From: Azolla caroliniana
Lineage: Eukaryota > Plantae > Polypodiophyta
Direction of reading: 5' to 3'
Length of the DNA stretch: 64,000 nucleotides
Assembly: GCA_043228905.1 (NCBI GenBank)
Contig: JBHGNT010000010.1
Coordinates: 15,376,001-15,440,000, forward strand
Under the pieces are notes generated by a model that saw only the letters and a list, made by a program, of their open reading frames with translations, made no database searches and was not told the origin of the DNA. Made by a program: the position numbers and the translations under genes. Shown in pieces: positions 13,301-24,611 of the stretch (position 1 is its first letter; each line of letters opens with the position of its first letter).

Positions 13301-16300
13301 GAAATGATTCTGCATAGTAAGGGAAACAATAGAATAAAATCGTTATTTCACAATCAAAAACTAAATCAGGTCATTTTTCAGCATGACATTCAATAAGATG
13401 TACAGAATACTTCCATATCGAAAACATGCATGAGCATTGCCTTGCTTCATGTAATGAAATAAATAGATTGTCATTATCTGAAATGACTTTTAATTAGACC
13501 ATTGTGACTCATGACATAAGGTCTCTTCATTGGACTTAATGTGATACTTTGAGCATCAATTTCAGTGTTAATATGTACAGAAAGCATGTAAAGCGTGGGG
13601 CAGGGTTGACAGATTTCGAGACAATATATTGATTGTTAGTGCTTAATCTTATCCTGATTATAAACATTGATCGTTTGGTAATGTGCCCCATTAAGTTTCC
13701 CTCAGTTCAGTTCCTCTTATAATTCAATTCTGATCGTTAATGTTTTTCCCTTCTCATAATTCCTTAACCCATCTAATATTAACTCTCATTCACAGATAGC
13801 AAAAGGCCCCCAATGGGGTGGAAACATTGCAGCATCTGGCATTAAGACAGAGGCATGCATTCTTCAGAAGTTTAATTATGCTTACAGCATCTATAACAAT
13901 CTGGAAGAGAGTTTCTATAGCCACACTGACACAAGTTCATGCCAGCAAGGAGCTGCAGGCGAAAGCCCATCATAAGTGGGCAGCTTTTGGGCAAAACCAA
14001 AGCAATCTTTTGGCCATCTCAGCCTACATCTAGCATCTACAACAACACGAGGAGAGTGGTAATCACTTGTCATGTATAGAAGAAATGAAGAAGATGAATG
14101 CACAAGACAATTACAATAAATTATAGCAAGTTAAGGTATTGGCCCAAATTTCAAAATGTTTCGTCTCAAACTCCGGTCAAAAGATGCTTTACCCATATAT
14201 TTCCTCGTCATTACTCATTATATTTTTTATTTTATGGAGCTTGTGTGCTTTATAACTCCCACTTAAACTTCATGTTTCATACCACTTGCATCCTAGTTCC
14301 AATTTTCACCCCTATATTGATAATTGACTATATGACTAATATAATGAAGATATGACCCATGTACCCCCTGCAGCCTCTACACTGACAAACATTGAACAAT
14401 TCTGACAGTGCCAAATGAGGAATATTTAAGCTTACGAGCTTTTTACACACATGTGGCAAGCAAATATAAAAATCTGCTAGTAATTTTTTTAACTTATTTT
14501 GTGCCCAGGTATAGGGTACATGTTGTACCATATGACAGGTGCCCTAGCATGTAGCACATGCTTCTTATAGACACCCACATCATTTTTGTGGATTCGTACT
14601 ATTAGATGATATATTTGTGCTGCTCACTAGGGCTATTACATTCTCATCAATCCATCCTGTATTAGCTTAATGGTTACAACTACATCAGGTTCAATTTGTC
14701 ATAGATCATAAATTGACAGCAGATTTTAGTTATGGTAATTATTCTCCAAAACCTATACAGGTACAAATAAGGGGTTGAAAACATACTTGCATGCAGTGTC
14801 TATGAGTTTCAAATGTCCTTCATGTAATGGATTAAATGATCCTGGCAATACCACTCTCCTTGCATCATCATTATTTAAAGCATCTGCAATAATCTCTACA
14901 AGGATTACATCTCTGAAATACAGTCAAGGCAAAAACCTCAGTTCTATATAATCCTTGCTTGCCTGGTCCATACGCAAAAGGTAGCATACAAATTGTCCCT
15001 GCCAATAGTAGCCTTATCTGTTCGTTGTTGTCAATAGATGTCATCGACTCTTGAAGTTTCTCATTTTCATGAAAATCTGGATCAGAGTTCATATTGATAC
15101 CACTCGCAGAAGCTAAAGCCTGCAAAATGAAAATTTTTAGGTACAGCATAGGATTTTGACCCCAAGGACAGTTTCTTCTACCAGGAATCTTCATCACATT
15201 AACTTATTCTCAAATTGTAGATCACAATGAGAACTGTGAGATAAAATGATCATGATTAAAATACAGACAGAAGCAAATTGTGCCCACTGTTCATTCTGAA
15301 AGATGAAAGCGCTATGTACGTAAGAGTCCCAATAAGAAATCTGATCCAAGCTAATTTCTAGTACGTGATGCCCATGCCCCAACCAACCATACATAGAGAT
15401 GGAACCAAACATACAATTATTAAGATATGAATACAATTTTCACCTCTGAATATCCAACTCTAGGACGTGCCATGGATGACGGAAGAAAAACTAGGTCTTT
15501 TTTATGTAATAAGTACTAAACAGTATGAATTTCTCCTAATGTTTACTCTGTACACAAAACTGAAGATTCTGCAGTATAAATGGTTACCAATCAGAAATTT
15601 CTAGTGGATTACAGAAATTACATAATGCAAATAAATGGCAAGACCAAAAATTGTCGCCTCCTGTGACTACGTTTCAAGATACACTAAAATATTTGAGTAT
15701 TTTTTATCAATATGTAAGGCTAAAAAAAGTAGGGCAAAACCAAACTAATAATCTTGAGCTGGCTTCCAAAAGTAGCTTCTTACATTTGGCTGAAATACAT
15801 GCAAAACACAATCACGAGTTTTGATTGCATAAAATATTTATCGCCCATCAAAAGTAACTTTCTATCTCTTTTCTCTATACATGTCCCAGTAATTGATCAT
15901 TGCCATCATAAAAACTGACACTACACTTTCTCATTCAACTAATATTTAATTGTATTGGCTGCAAATGGAATAGGATTTGTCACATATCCAATGAAGCTTC
16001 ACTATGACAATGGATCTTTCAACACATAGAGAATTCTTATGCATTTATCACTTAGCATTAACACCTGTTTGATCACAAATCACAGAAAGACATTGTATTG
16101 GCAACATGATCCTTTTATACTTTATATGGCAAAGATCATACTAAAATATCAACATGCACCATGACAGCAGATAGAAAGTATTCTTCTTTGGCCACAAAAA
16201 CTTGTAAGTGTATGCATGGGAAAACAATTTTACTTGTCTTAATCAAGAATGGTTTGGGAAAAATTCTTCTCAAACTTTGTAATCGTGCGTATGGGAAAAC

Positions 16301-19297
16301 TGAGTTACTTGCCTTAATCAAGAGTTGGCTTGCAACAAAATCTTCTTGTGCACGATCTCGTAACCCCTGCTTAATGATAGTGGTAAAAAACATAAATCTA
16401 GGTTACTTTAGCTGATAAATACAACAAACTAGAAGAAGATGATGCACGACATATAAATACTACTAACTTTAGTGAATGTGAACTCGTAGTTCCAGATAGA
16501 ATATTTTGTTCTAGCACAGATATGACATCTGCCACAATAATAAAACATAAATGTAACGGGTTACATAAAATGAACAGAAAAACGTTCATTAGTATCAGTT
16601 AATATGGTAACACATACAAACCTGTGATCTCCACGCTTTGGAGTTGCAGAAACTAGAGTACCAGTAAAACCTACACCAGCTACAGGTGTGCCTGCTCACT
16701 TCACAACAACATGATAGACTCAAAATGAGATAAAATCTAGAATATTATTTATCTAGAACATGATATACTCATAAATCCAGAGGAAGAAAGAAAGAAATAT
16801 TATCCTTACACCTCTAGCAAAAACAGAAACTTATATTAACATCTCATAACAAGCCATCTTGGAAAGTTACATCTTGAAATGGTCAGTGAGACTGAACAGG
16901 AAATTACGTCTGAAAATGCTTTGTAAGGAAGAGACAGAATGGGAAATAAAATCTGAAGGAGTTATCTATGGAGACCAAAACGGCATAAGAAACCCAAAAC
17001 TCTTACAACCATGAAAATCATATGGTATCTCATCAAAGCTCTGTGAGCTTAGAAGCTACATAATATTTGGGTAAATGAAAACTCTACCTTGGTTGCTTTA
17101 GTACCTGGTCCAGATAGCTGGAGTGAGCGATTATAGGCAGCAGTTGCAATGTCTTGAGCTGTTTCCTTACTTACATATTTCTCTGGTGTCTGTAAACTTC
17201 ATAAAACTACATGATCAAAATATGCCTTACGCAAGTACAGCCAAATCATATAAATTATTCATAGCTATAGTGAGGATTGAGTTAGGAAAATACAAAATGT
17301 TGTCATTAACTCGAACACAAAGCCATGTTGAAACATTCATGATTATTTGATCTGCCCCTTTTCATTATTCTCTCATTTAAAATATGGAATTTCTCATAAT
17401 TGGTTTAACTCAGGAAGGAGAGATCTTGCTAAACAAGTTAAGCGCTAATGACAGTATCCAAATTAAGAAATTATTTCATTGATATAACTTTGATCACTTC
17501 ATCAATATCAAATGCTAATATGTTTCATGTTCTGAATATTGGTGCAACCATATTAATAATTCTACACTCTGCAAACAGCCTATAGAAACCAACCTCATAT
17601 AGATCTGCAATCTATTAAGTGTCAAAGACTATGAAACAGAAATAATAACAAGGTTAGAAGAAAATCCATAACTTGAAGGATACACAAAGCAGAAATGCCA
17701 GGTTAACATGAATGTAAATATTTTCTTTTTTCCTCGTGAATGTAAATGTTGACAAAGGTTGACATGGTTTAAGTAATACTATAATGAAATCTTGAATTTA
17801 AATAAACACGAAGCATGAATATATGAGTATTCGTTTTGTGTGGGTCCACTTGCCATCTAAATCGTATCTGAAGAATCTGTCTCTATATTCTCTTGATCAT
17901 TGAGCATTATTCACCATGAAATCTAGGTTCAATGAGTGGCAAGACAGATTTCAGTGAGGATACTGTTTTATTTATCATAAATTGACCTTAAGTCTTTGAA
18001 AATTTTGTTTCATGTGCTCCCGCTCTTATCACCATTGACAATTAGGGGAACCACATAGAGCAGCAGGGTATATTAAGAACGGGATATCTGCCACAATAAT
18101 AAACCCTGGTATGCACGAGTAGCAGGATATCTGCTTTCTTTCATGTGCCCCCTCCCTATTGGTATTCATAATCAGTGGGGTCTGATTCAGCAGCTGAACT
18201 TCGAACAAAAAGTAGTCATCTTCAAGCCAGCAGAATAATTATATTTTGGTAACTTATCTAGCAGTTGGAAGATAGAAGTCCTCGGAATTAGAATCTAGAT
18301 AAAGTGGAGTAAAAGAATCAATTCTAAATCCCACAAAATAATAGGAAACGGTTACAGTTAATAAAAATAGGAACAAAAGAATTGAGAAATTAGAAGAGTT
18401 AGTGTACAATACAACAAAAAAATGTTTTTTTGCCCTTTTCTAACATTTTAATGAAGCATATAATTCAGAGGAACTAAAGCATTTGTCCTAACAAATAGCA
18501 AAAGAACTCACTTTTTGCACATTTCCTAAAGATTGGAACACATCAAAATATAAGGAACTAAAAGCATTAATCCTTTGATCCAGCATACTATGTAGACATT
18601 GGAACTAAAAGTATCACTCAAGACAATGAGGACAATTGGAGAATCAAAATGAGAGGAAATAAAAACATTAATCTTGAATTCAACAAAAGAAACTGTACCT
18701 TCCCTAGCATCTGGAACATAGAAATCCGAGAATACGGTATTGAAACTTCAAGAATGGTTTCTGAGGCACGAGGAACCGAGAGAAGCCAGCCAATAGCCTG
18801 CAAAAAAATGCGATAGGAAATTAAGGAATAAATCAGAGAGCAATCATAAAGAATAGGAGATTAGAGAAGAAAATCAAAGAGCAACAACAAAAGGTTAGAT
18901 GCAAGCACGGCAAGAAAAGAGGCGATGGAATATGAACAAAAGCGGGATACGGGACACAGCCAAATAGGGAAACGGCAGGAAATTGAGTGGCAATGCCATT
19001 TCTCTTTCTTTACTGTGACTACCTGAAATGAGCGTCAGATCAGCCAGGCCTACCAAAGAAAGAGGATGAAACAGCAACGAAACCAAAACGCGAAATAAAT
19101 GGAAATATCAACAAAGCCAAGATCAGAACAAACTGCGGGATGGAAAGGTGAAGGTTTTTGACAATGGAGGAATCCATTCATACCTGCGATGCACCTCCGG
19201 CGAGGTAGACGACGGCGCGAGTAGGGGAAGCGTGGATGGCCGAGATCACAGTCTGCATCGAAGCTTCCATAGCTACTGTGGGAGGCGAGAAATTCAT
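4307..19297 (-). CDS. Nucleotidylyltransferase (HxGH, NMNAT/cytidyltransferase-like) superfamily protein, 12 exons, ~399 aa (exons 19184..19297, 18699..18797, 17105..17189, 16622..16691, 16468..16528, 16313..16366, 14963..15119, 14787..14883, 13203..13309, 12574..12680, 4574..4684, 4307..4444)
   Basis: Exons sum to 1200 nt with compatible phases: ..AIHASPTRAVVYLAGGASQ/AIGWLLSVPRASETILE../..GVGFTGTLVSATPKRGDHR/../GLRDRAQED../..VVLPGSFNPLHEGHLKL../..FEISVKNADKP../..TNQPYFFKKAELFPNSTFVIGADTAIRLVD/PKYY..FLVAGR../..FRVDISSTEIR..stop. GSFNPxHxGH, GAD and ISST are hallmark motifs. An alternative in-frame start lies at 19270. Confidence 0.92.
5120..5571 (-). repeat. Copia 3' LTR
   Basis: Near-identical to 9001..9452 and adjacent to the PPT. 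Confidence 0.95.
9001..9452 (-). repeat. Copia 5' LTR
   Basis: Near-identical to 5120..5571 and adjacent to the PBS. Confidence 0.95.
10670..11591. mobile_element. Non-autonomous hAT-type DNA transposon
   Basis: TIR TAGCAATGGGCCCGGTT at both ends; perfect 8-bp TSD GTGGTATT (10662-10669, 11592-11599); many AACCG/CGGTT subterminal motifs; no transposase. Confidence 0.92.
11000..11506. repeat. 24-bp minisatellite plus ~193-bp tandem duplication inside the hAT element
   Basis: ATGATAAGTATGATGACAAATTTT-like units at ~11005-11180; a block at ~11120-11312 is repeated at ~11313-11506. Confidence 0.85.
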
Positions 19298-19305
19298 GTG
19301 GAACG

Positions 19306-19328
19306 GAGAGAGAGAGAGAGAGAGAGAG
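19306..19328. repeat. (GA)n microsatellite immediately upstream of the nucleotidylyltransferase start codon
   Basis: Direct observation; forms a CT-rich leader on the minus strand. Confidence 0.9.
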
Positions 19329-19483
19329 GTGCAGATTTATATGATTGATTTCTGTCTGTGTTTTTTTCTTTCTTTCTGAGATGTGCATATGCAGATAGAC
19401 AGATAGATAGATATGCACGTATGTATATAAATAGATAATATATGTATATGTAGTACTAGTAACTCAGTAGGAGTCAGGAACGT

Positions 19484-19790
19484 GCTCGGCTCAAGCCCAA
19501 ACCGAGCCGTTAAACCGACTGTATTATTAACAACAAGCCTTCCAAAAAGATTTGAGTGAAAACGAGATTTTGTTTTAAATTTTAACCATTCCTCCCCTCC
19601 AAGATTCCAATGAGAATATCTACGCAAATGCAATAAAATACTCGCTCGGCTCAAGCCTATACCGAGCCGTTAAACCGACTGTATTAACAACAAGTCTTCC
19701 AAAAGGATTCGAGTGAAATCGAGATTTTGTTTTAATTTTTAACCATTCCTCCCCTCCAAGATTCCAATGAGAATCTACGCAAACGCAATC
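19484..19790. repeat. ~155-bp tandem duplication upstream of the nucleotidylyltransferase gene
   Basis: GCTCGGCTCAAGCC...GAGAAT(AT)CTACGCAAA occurs at ~19484-19633 and ~19643-19789. Confidence 0.9.
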
Positions 19791-20309
19791 ATCATTCCTT
19801 CTATGTAAAAAAAGCGATACCCCCGGGGTTCTCTCAACTCTGGTTGCACTACTAGAGAACCAACATGGGTCGAGTGTTCATTTTCCGCACGTCTGTTTGT
19901 TGAGGTTTTTTGGGTTGCCCTATTTGTGTGTGCTACTTTAAGCAGTTTCATCAATCCACTTCTCTAGGCACACAGAGTAGCTTAAGTACCAACAATGATG
20001 GTGGCCACATTTGTTGGCATGCATAACACAGGGCGAGAGCTTCTTCTTCTTCTTCTTTATCCTTTTTAAAAAAACATGATTTGAATTGTAATATGAAGTG
20101 CTTCTTCCTTGTGGTCTATGTTAATGATTGAGAGATTACGGTGTCTACCAGATCGATCAATTAATGAAGGTCGAGAAACCATGAAATGAAAAACCCGAGA
20201 GTTGTTGCTTGCATGCACCTATCTTGGGGGAGGAGGGGTGGGTTAAACTAGAGTAAACTAGACAGAGAGACATACATACATATATCATATATGTATAGAG
20301 AAAGAAAGA

Positions 20310-23300
20310 AATAAAGATATATTAACGTCTTCTAAGGCTAAAATTAGCCCATGAGACAATTGGTTTACAACAAAAATGGGGTATTTACCCATTCATCGAA
20401 AGAAAAAATAAAAACAAAACAAAATAAAATAGAGCCTACACTAAATGGTTATAGTAAAAAAAACATGTTCTATAAGGAAATGGCTTTATACTAGGCCTAG
20501 TTTCATTTCCATCCAAGTCTTTCGAAAAGAAGTAGGAGGTCAAAGGGTTTCAATGTGGATGTGGCCTGTGGTTCCAATGTAAGAGGTACCCCAACCATAG
20601 CTTCTAGGGCGGCGTAGCTCACGTTCCCTTGTCTTCTTAATCATTTCTACTCCACGTTGAGTTGCTTTTAAGCCCAACATCCAAGGGCGTTTGGTTGTTC
20701 TTTGCATTTCCGCTTCATCAAGAGAGAGGCGAGTGGCGTAGGTGTGTCCACGTTTATTGTCTCCCCTTATTCATGAAAAATTACATTAGTTTCATGTTGG
20801 TGGATATTAAAAGGGTTATCGCTAACACTTTGTAATTCATTCTCCCTATGTTGTTTTAGCTCTAAGATATACCTACCTAGTCTCTTTATATCCTGGGTAA
20901 CTAATAGCTCAGAGAGGGTGGGAGACGGTCCTAGTATGTCTTGGTATTTCGCCCTTATCTCAGCATAAGTTGGATACTTACATGTAAAGTGATGTTCATC
21001 CTCTATCTCTATGTGACATAACCTACATATCCTTTCCTCTCTAAGGACTCTATTAGCACAATCATTCTCAATCTCAAGTTGGTGAGATGATATCCCTAGT
21101 TGTCCAATGGGCACCCTTAGTGCATTTGATAAGAATGTATCTAGATATTTTGGCCGTTAGAGAAGTGCAAGAAGTGTTCCTTACAGTACAACATTTTAGA
21201 TGGGGGTGACTCTCGTGGGGTGATCCATTTATATTGGGTGTAAATTTGCCATATTTCTTGGTGTATTACTTTATTGCGGTCTTCATGAGAGATTAAAGTT
21301 TTGATCAGTTCCATGGTTGTACTTAAGGGGAGGTAGGTTATTAATGTCTATGCCATTTGCAAGTAACCAACTCACTACAATACTATACCAAGAGCTAGTG
21401 TCTCCGTACGCATATAGGGATCGGGATGCCTCAAAGGCTTGAAGGGATATCTTATCTTGTGGTTGGCTATGTATTTGATGAATAAAAGCTACCACTTGGA
21501 AAAGTGCTTCTATTAACATTGGGGACAAACTGAACTTTGCTCTAATAATGTCATGTGAAACTGTAGATTTGCTTCGGAGTTGATGTGATAACATCATCAC
21601 CGAAGGTCTCTCTAATTGCGTCCACATAAAAGATGGTAGACCTGGAGCCCATACTACTGATGCATACATGAGGGAGGGGGTCACTAACGAGTCAATGAGC
21701 CATCCCTTAGTTCGTGGCTCTTGAAAGTATGCTTGGTGGCATTGTCTCTCTAAGAGTGATAGGGATGCATACCTCTCGTTAGTCTATCTTTGGCTGCTTG
21801 GGTCATCGAGAATTTACTTGAACGAGCACTAAAGGTGACTCCCAAGTACACATATGATCCAACTACCTCAACTGGTTTATGAGAGAGGATTAGGTGACAT
21901 TTACTCCTAACTCGAGATGATGTATGAAAGATAAGAACTTTAGTTTTCGCTAGATTCACTACCAGTCCTTGTTGTGTGCAAATGTCATCTAGGGCATTAA
22001 GATGCTTTTGTAGGTCGTGTTCAGACTCTAAGAGCGAGATGATGTCATCTGCGTAGAGTAAGAGACTAACTTGTGTATCCTCAATGGCTACTCCATTGCC
22101 TCCCTTATGAGCAATAAAATCAGTGATCTCATCAATGTAGATCCCAAAAAGAGTCAGTGATAAGGGGGCAACCCTGTCTTACACCAATAGTGTTGGTGAA
22201 GCAATTGGATAGGGCACCTATGCATCTTACGCACCCAAAGACTTGCTCATATAGAGCATAGATGACCCAAGATTATGTCAGTTGGTATCTCCAAGTTTTT
22301 GAGCCTATCAAACAACCACTCCCTAGGAACGATGTCAAAGGCTTTGCGGAAGTCCATAAAGCAACAATATAGTTTCTTCTTGCGAGCCTTTGTCTGGTCA
22401 ATTAAGCATCTAAGTGTGAAGATATGGTCAATGGTGGAGAAGGCTTGTCTAAAACCAGTCTGCTCAACAATATAGTTTCTTCTTGTGAGCCTTCGTCTGG
22501 TCAATTAAGCATCTAAGTGTGAAGATATGGTCAATAGTGGAGAAGGCTCGTCTAAAACCAACTTGCTCAAGTGCTTGAAGGCTTAAGGTTTCCATATAAT
22601 TGTTGAGCTCTGCTTCCATTACTGCACCATATAGTTTAGCGACCGTATGACCTATCATAATGGTCCTATATGTATTTGGGTCCATTGGGTCCCTTCCTTT
22701 ATGTATAGGGGCCACTGTGTTCATGGTCCATTCTGGTGGAAAACCCTCGGCGAGGGCGCGGTTAAAGATTAGTGTGAGAAAAGGGGTTAGGCACTCTTGA
22801 GCATATATGATGTCCTCGGCTCGTAAACCTGTGTGGTCCATGGATTTCCTATGTTGCAGTTTTTTTATGACCTTGGTGACCCTAGGGGTTGTGAAAAGTG
22901 TCCCCATGGTAGGTCAAGGTGTGGAGGGGATGGGGATGGGTGGTTGGTTTGAGACGTGGTAGAGTCTCTATGTATATGTGTGCCAAGTGTTGGGGTCCTC
23001 GATGGGTGTTTGTGGTCTTGGTTCCCGTAGTCTCTTCCATGCAAGGGCGTAATCCCTACTCATGAGCATGTGGTAGAGCTCCCAATGTTGAGGCGCTTCC
23101 CAAGCTCGTCTTTTACGACATGTCATCTTGTGCATCTCTTTGCGAGCTTGTACTGAGGAAATAGTACCACTAAGTCGCAACATTTTAAGCTATTTATACA
23201 AGTCTTTACAATCCTCATCATACCACTTGTTTTGTGGCATAGAAACTATTCTACTAGAGGTTTTTATCCATTTGAAATATTGTGCGTTGTCGAGACTAGG

Positions 23301-24003
23301 TTCTTGCATTGTAATCTCCTACGAGGAAGACTTCCCCTTGAGAATAATATTGGATTATGTCATCCGATAAAGGTTCATATGGAGAAGGCCCATGTGGCGC
23401 TCCTTCATCAACTATACTCGCCTCTCTAGCCATATTATACCAGGATCTTTTCGGGGGGAAGTAATAAATGGCGATAAATATCGCTTGATCCTTGATAGTG
23501 AGGACTTCCCACATAAAACGGGCTTTTGGGTCTGTCTTTAGTATTTCTATCCCATTATGTATCTCTCTCCGAAATAATATTGCAACCCCTCCAGACCCTC
23601 TAGTAGTGTGTCGACGTGAGGTTTGTCTAAAGACAGATTCCCAACAAAAACCTTCAACTCGTGGTAGTCCTCGGTTTAGATTTTGATGTGTTTCTACTAA
23701 GAAAAGTATATCAGATACCTTCAAAATCTCCTCTAGACGGTCAGGATGTGTCCAAAGTGCATCGTTACGATTCCATAAAGTCATCTTAATTTTATTGTCT
23801 ATCACATGGGCCACACACCGTCAATTGGCGGCGCAATCATTTATTATCACTCGTCCGTCTCGGTAAAAGGCGTGATGCCCTTCTTTATGAGCTTGTATGA
23901 CTTGCGGCATACAAGTTTTACGGTGCTCAATTTGCATCTTGGTAAGGTCCTCATATAGGAAGATAGGGTCCCCCCGCCTAGTCCTCGAAGAATTGGTCTC
24001 TTC
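20310..24003 (-). mobile_element. 5'-truncated RTE-X/L2-like LINE (end of ORF1, APE endonuclease, RT, C-terminal Cys motif), frameshifted
   Basis: ORF1 tail DPIFLYEDLTKMQ..AFYRDGRVIIN (stop at 23821-23823); EN DILFLVETH/GSGGVAIL/GDYNART (23296-23814); RT PIHKG.DP..YRTI, QVGFR, DFRKAFD, QGCPLS, YADD, YVYLGV; C-terminal ISSHQLEIE..RICRLC..EDEHHF (20767-21114); simple-repeat 3' tail near 20270-20320. The clade assignment is inferred from motifs. Confidence 0.9.
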
Positions 24004-24261
24004 TTGAAAAAATGTGATTCTAGAATTAGAGTCTTTAAACTGAAGGAGGTTTCACAGTTGGGCTGGGCGGTTTCACACCTAGGCGCCCGGACAGAGGACC
24101 CTGAGTTTACATATATATATATATATATATGTATACGTATATGTATTTATACATGTACATTGTATATCTATCTGTATATACCTGTATTTATACAGGCATT
24201 TGTATACATATATTTCCCCTGCAGACCGCAGGCGACAGATCTCTTCTCTGCAGAGAAGAGA

Positions 24262-24296
24262 AGAGCAGAGCAGAGCAGAGCAGAGCAGAGCAGAGC
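24262..24296. repeat. (AGAGC)n pentanucleotide repeat in the RTF2 5' region
   Basis: About 7 tandem units. Confidence 0.9.
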
Positions 24297-24611
24297 GGCG
24301 GATCAGTGTGGCTAGGAACCAGAAGCCCAAGACACACAGGCTTTCGCACCCAAGGAAAGAAGGTTTTCTGAGAGGTATAGAAGAAGGAAGGAAGGAAGGA
24401 GAAAGTAGGTAATCTCCATTGAAATAGAGGTGAGGGAAGCTCTTTCCCTGAGAAGAAAGAGGATAACCCGTGTGACTGCATAGAATAACAAGGAAAGACC
24501 GTCTCTGCGCACAAAGGGAGAAGAAGAAGACGATATACATCTCCGCAAAGAATAGTTTTGGAAAAAGAAGAAAACAGTTTCTGAGGTAAGAAGGAAGAAA
24601 AAGACAGCAAG

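Noticed and set aside
13818-14103. Possible extra exon or nested gene in intron 8 of the nucleotidylyltransferase
   Set aside because: The flanking exons already join in phase, and the ORFs show no recognisable motif.
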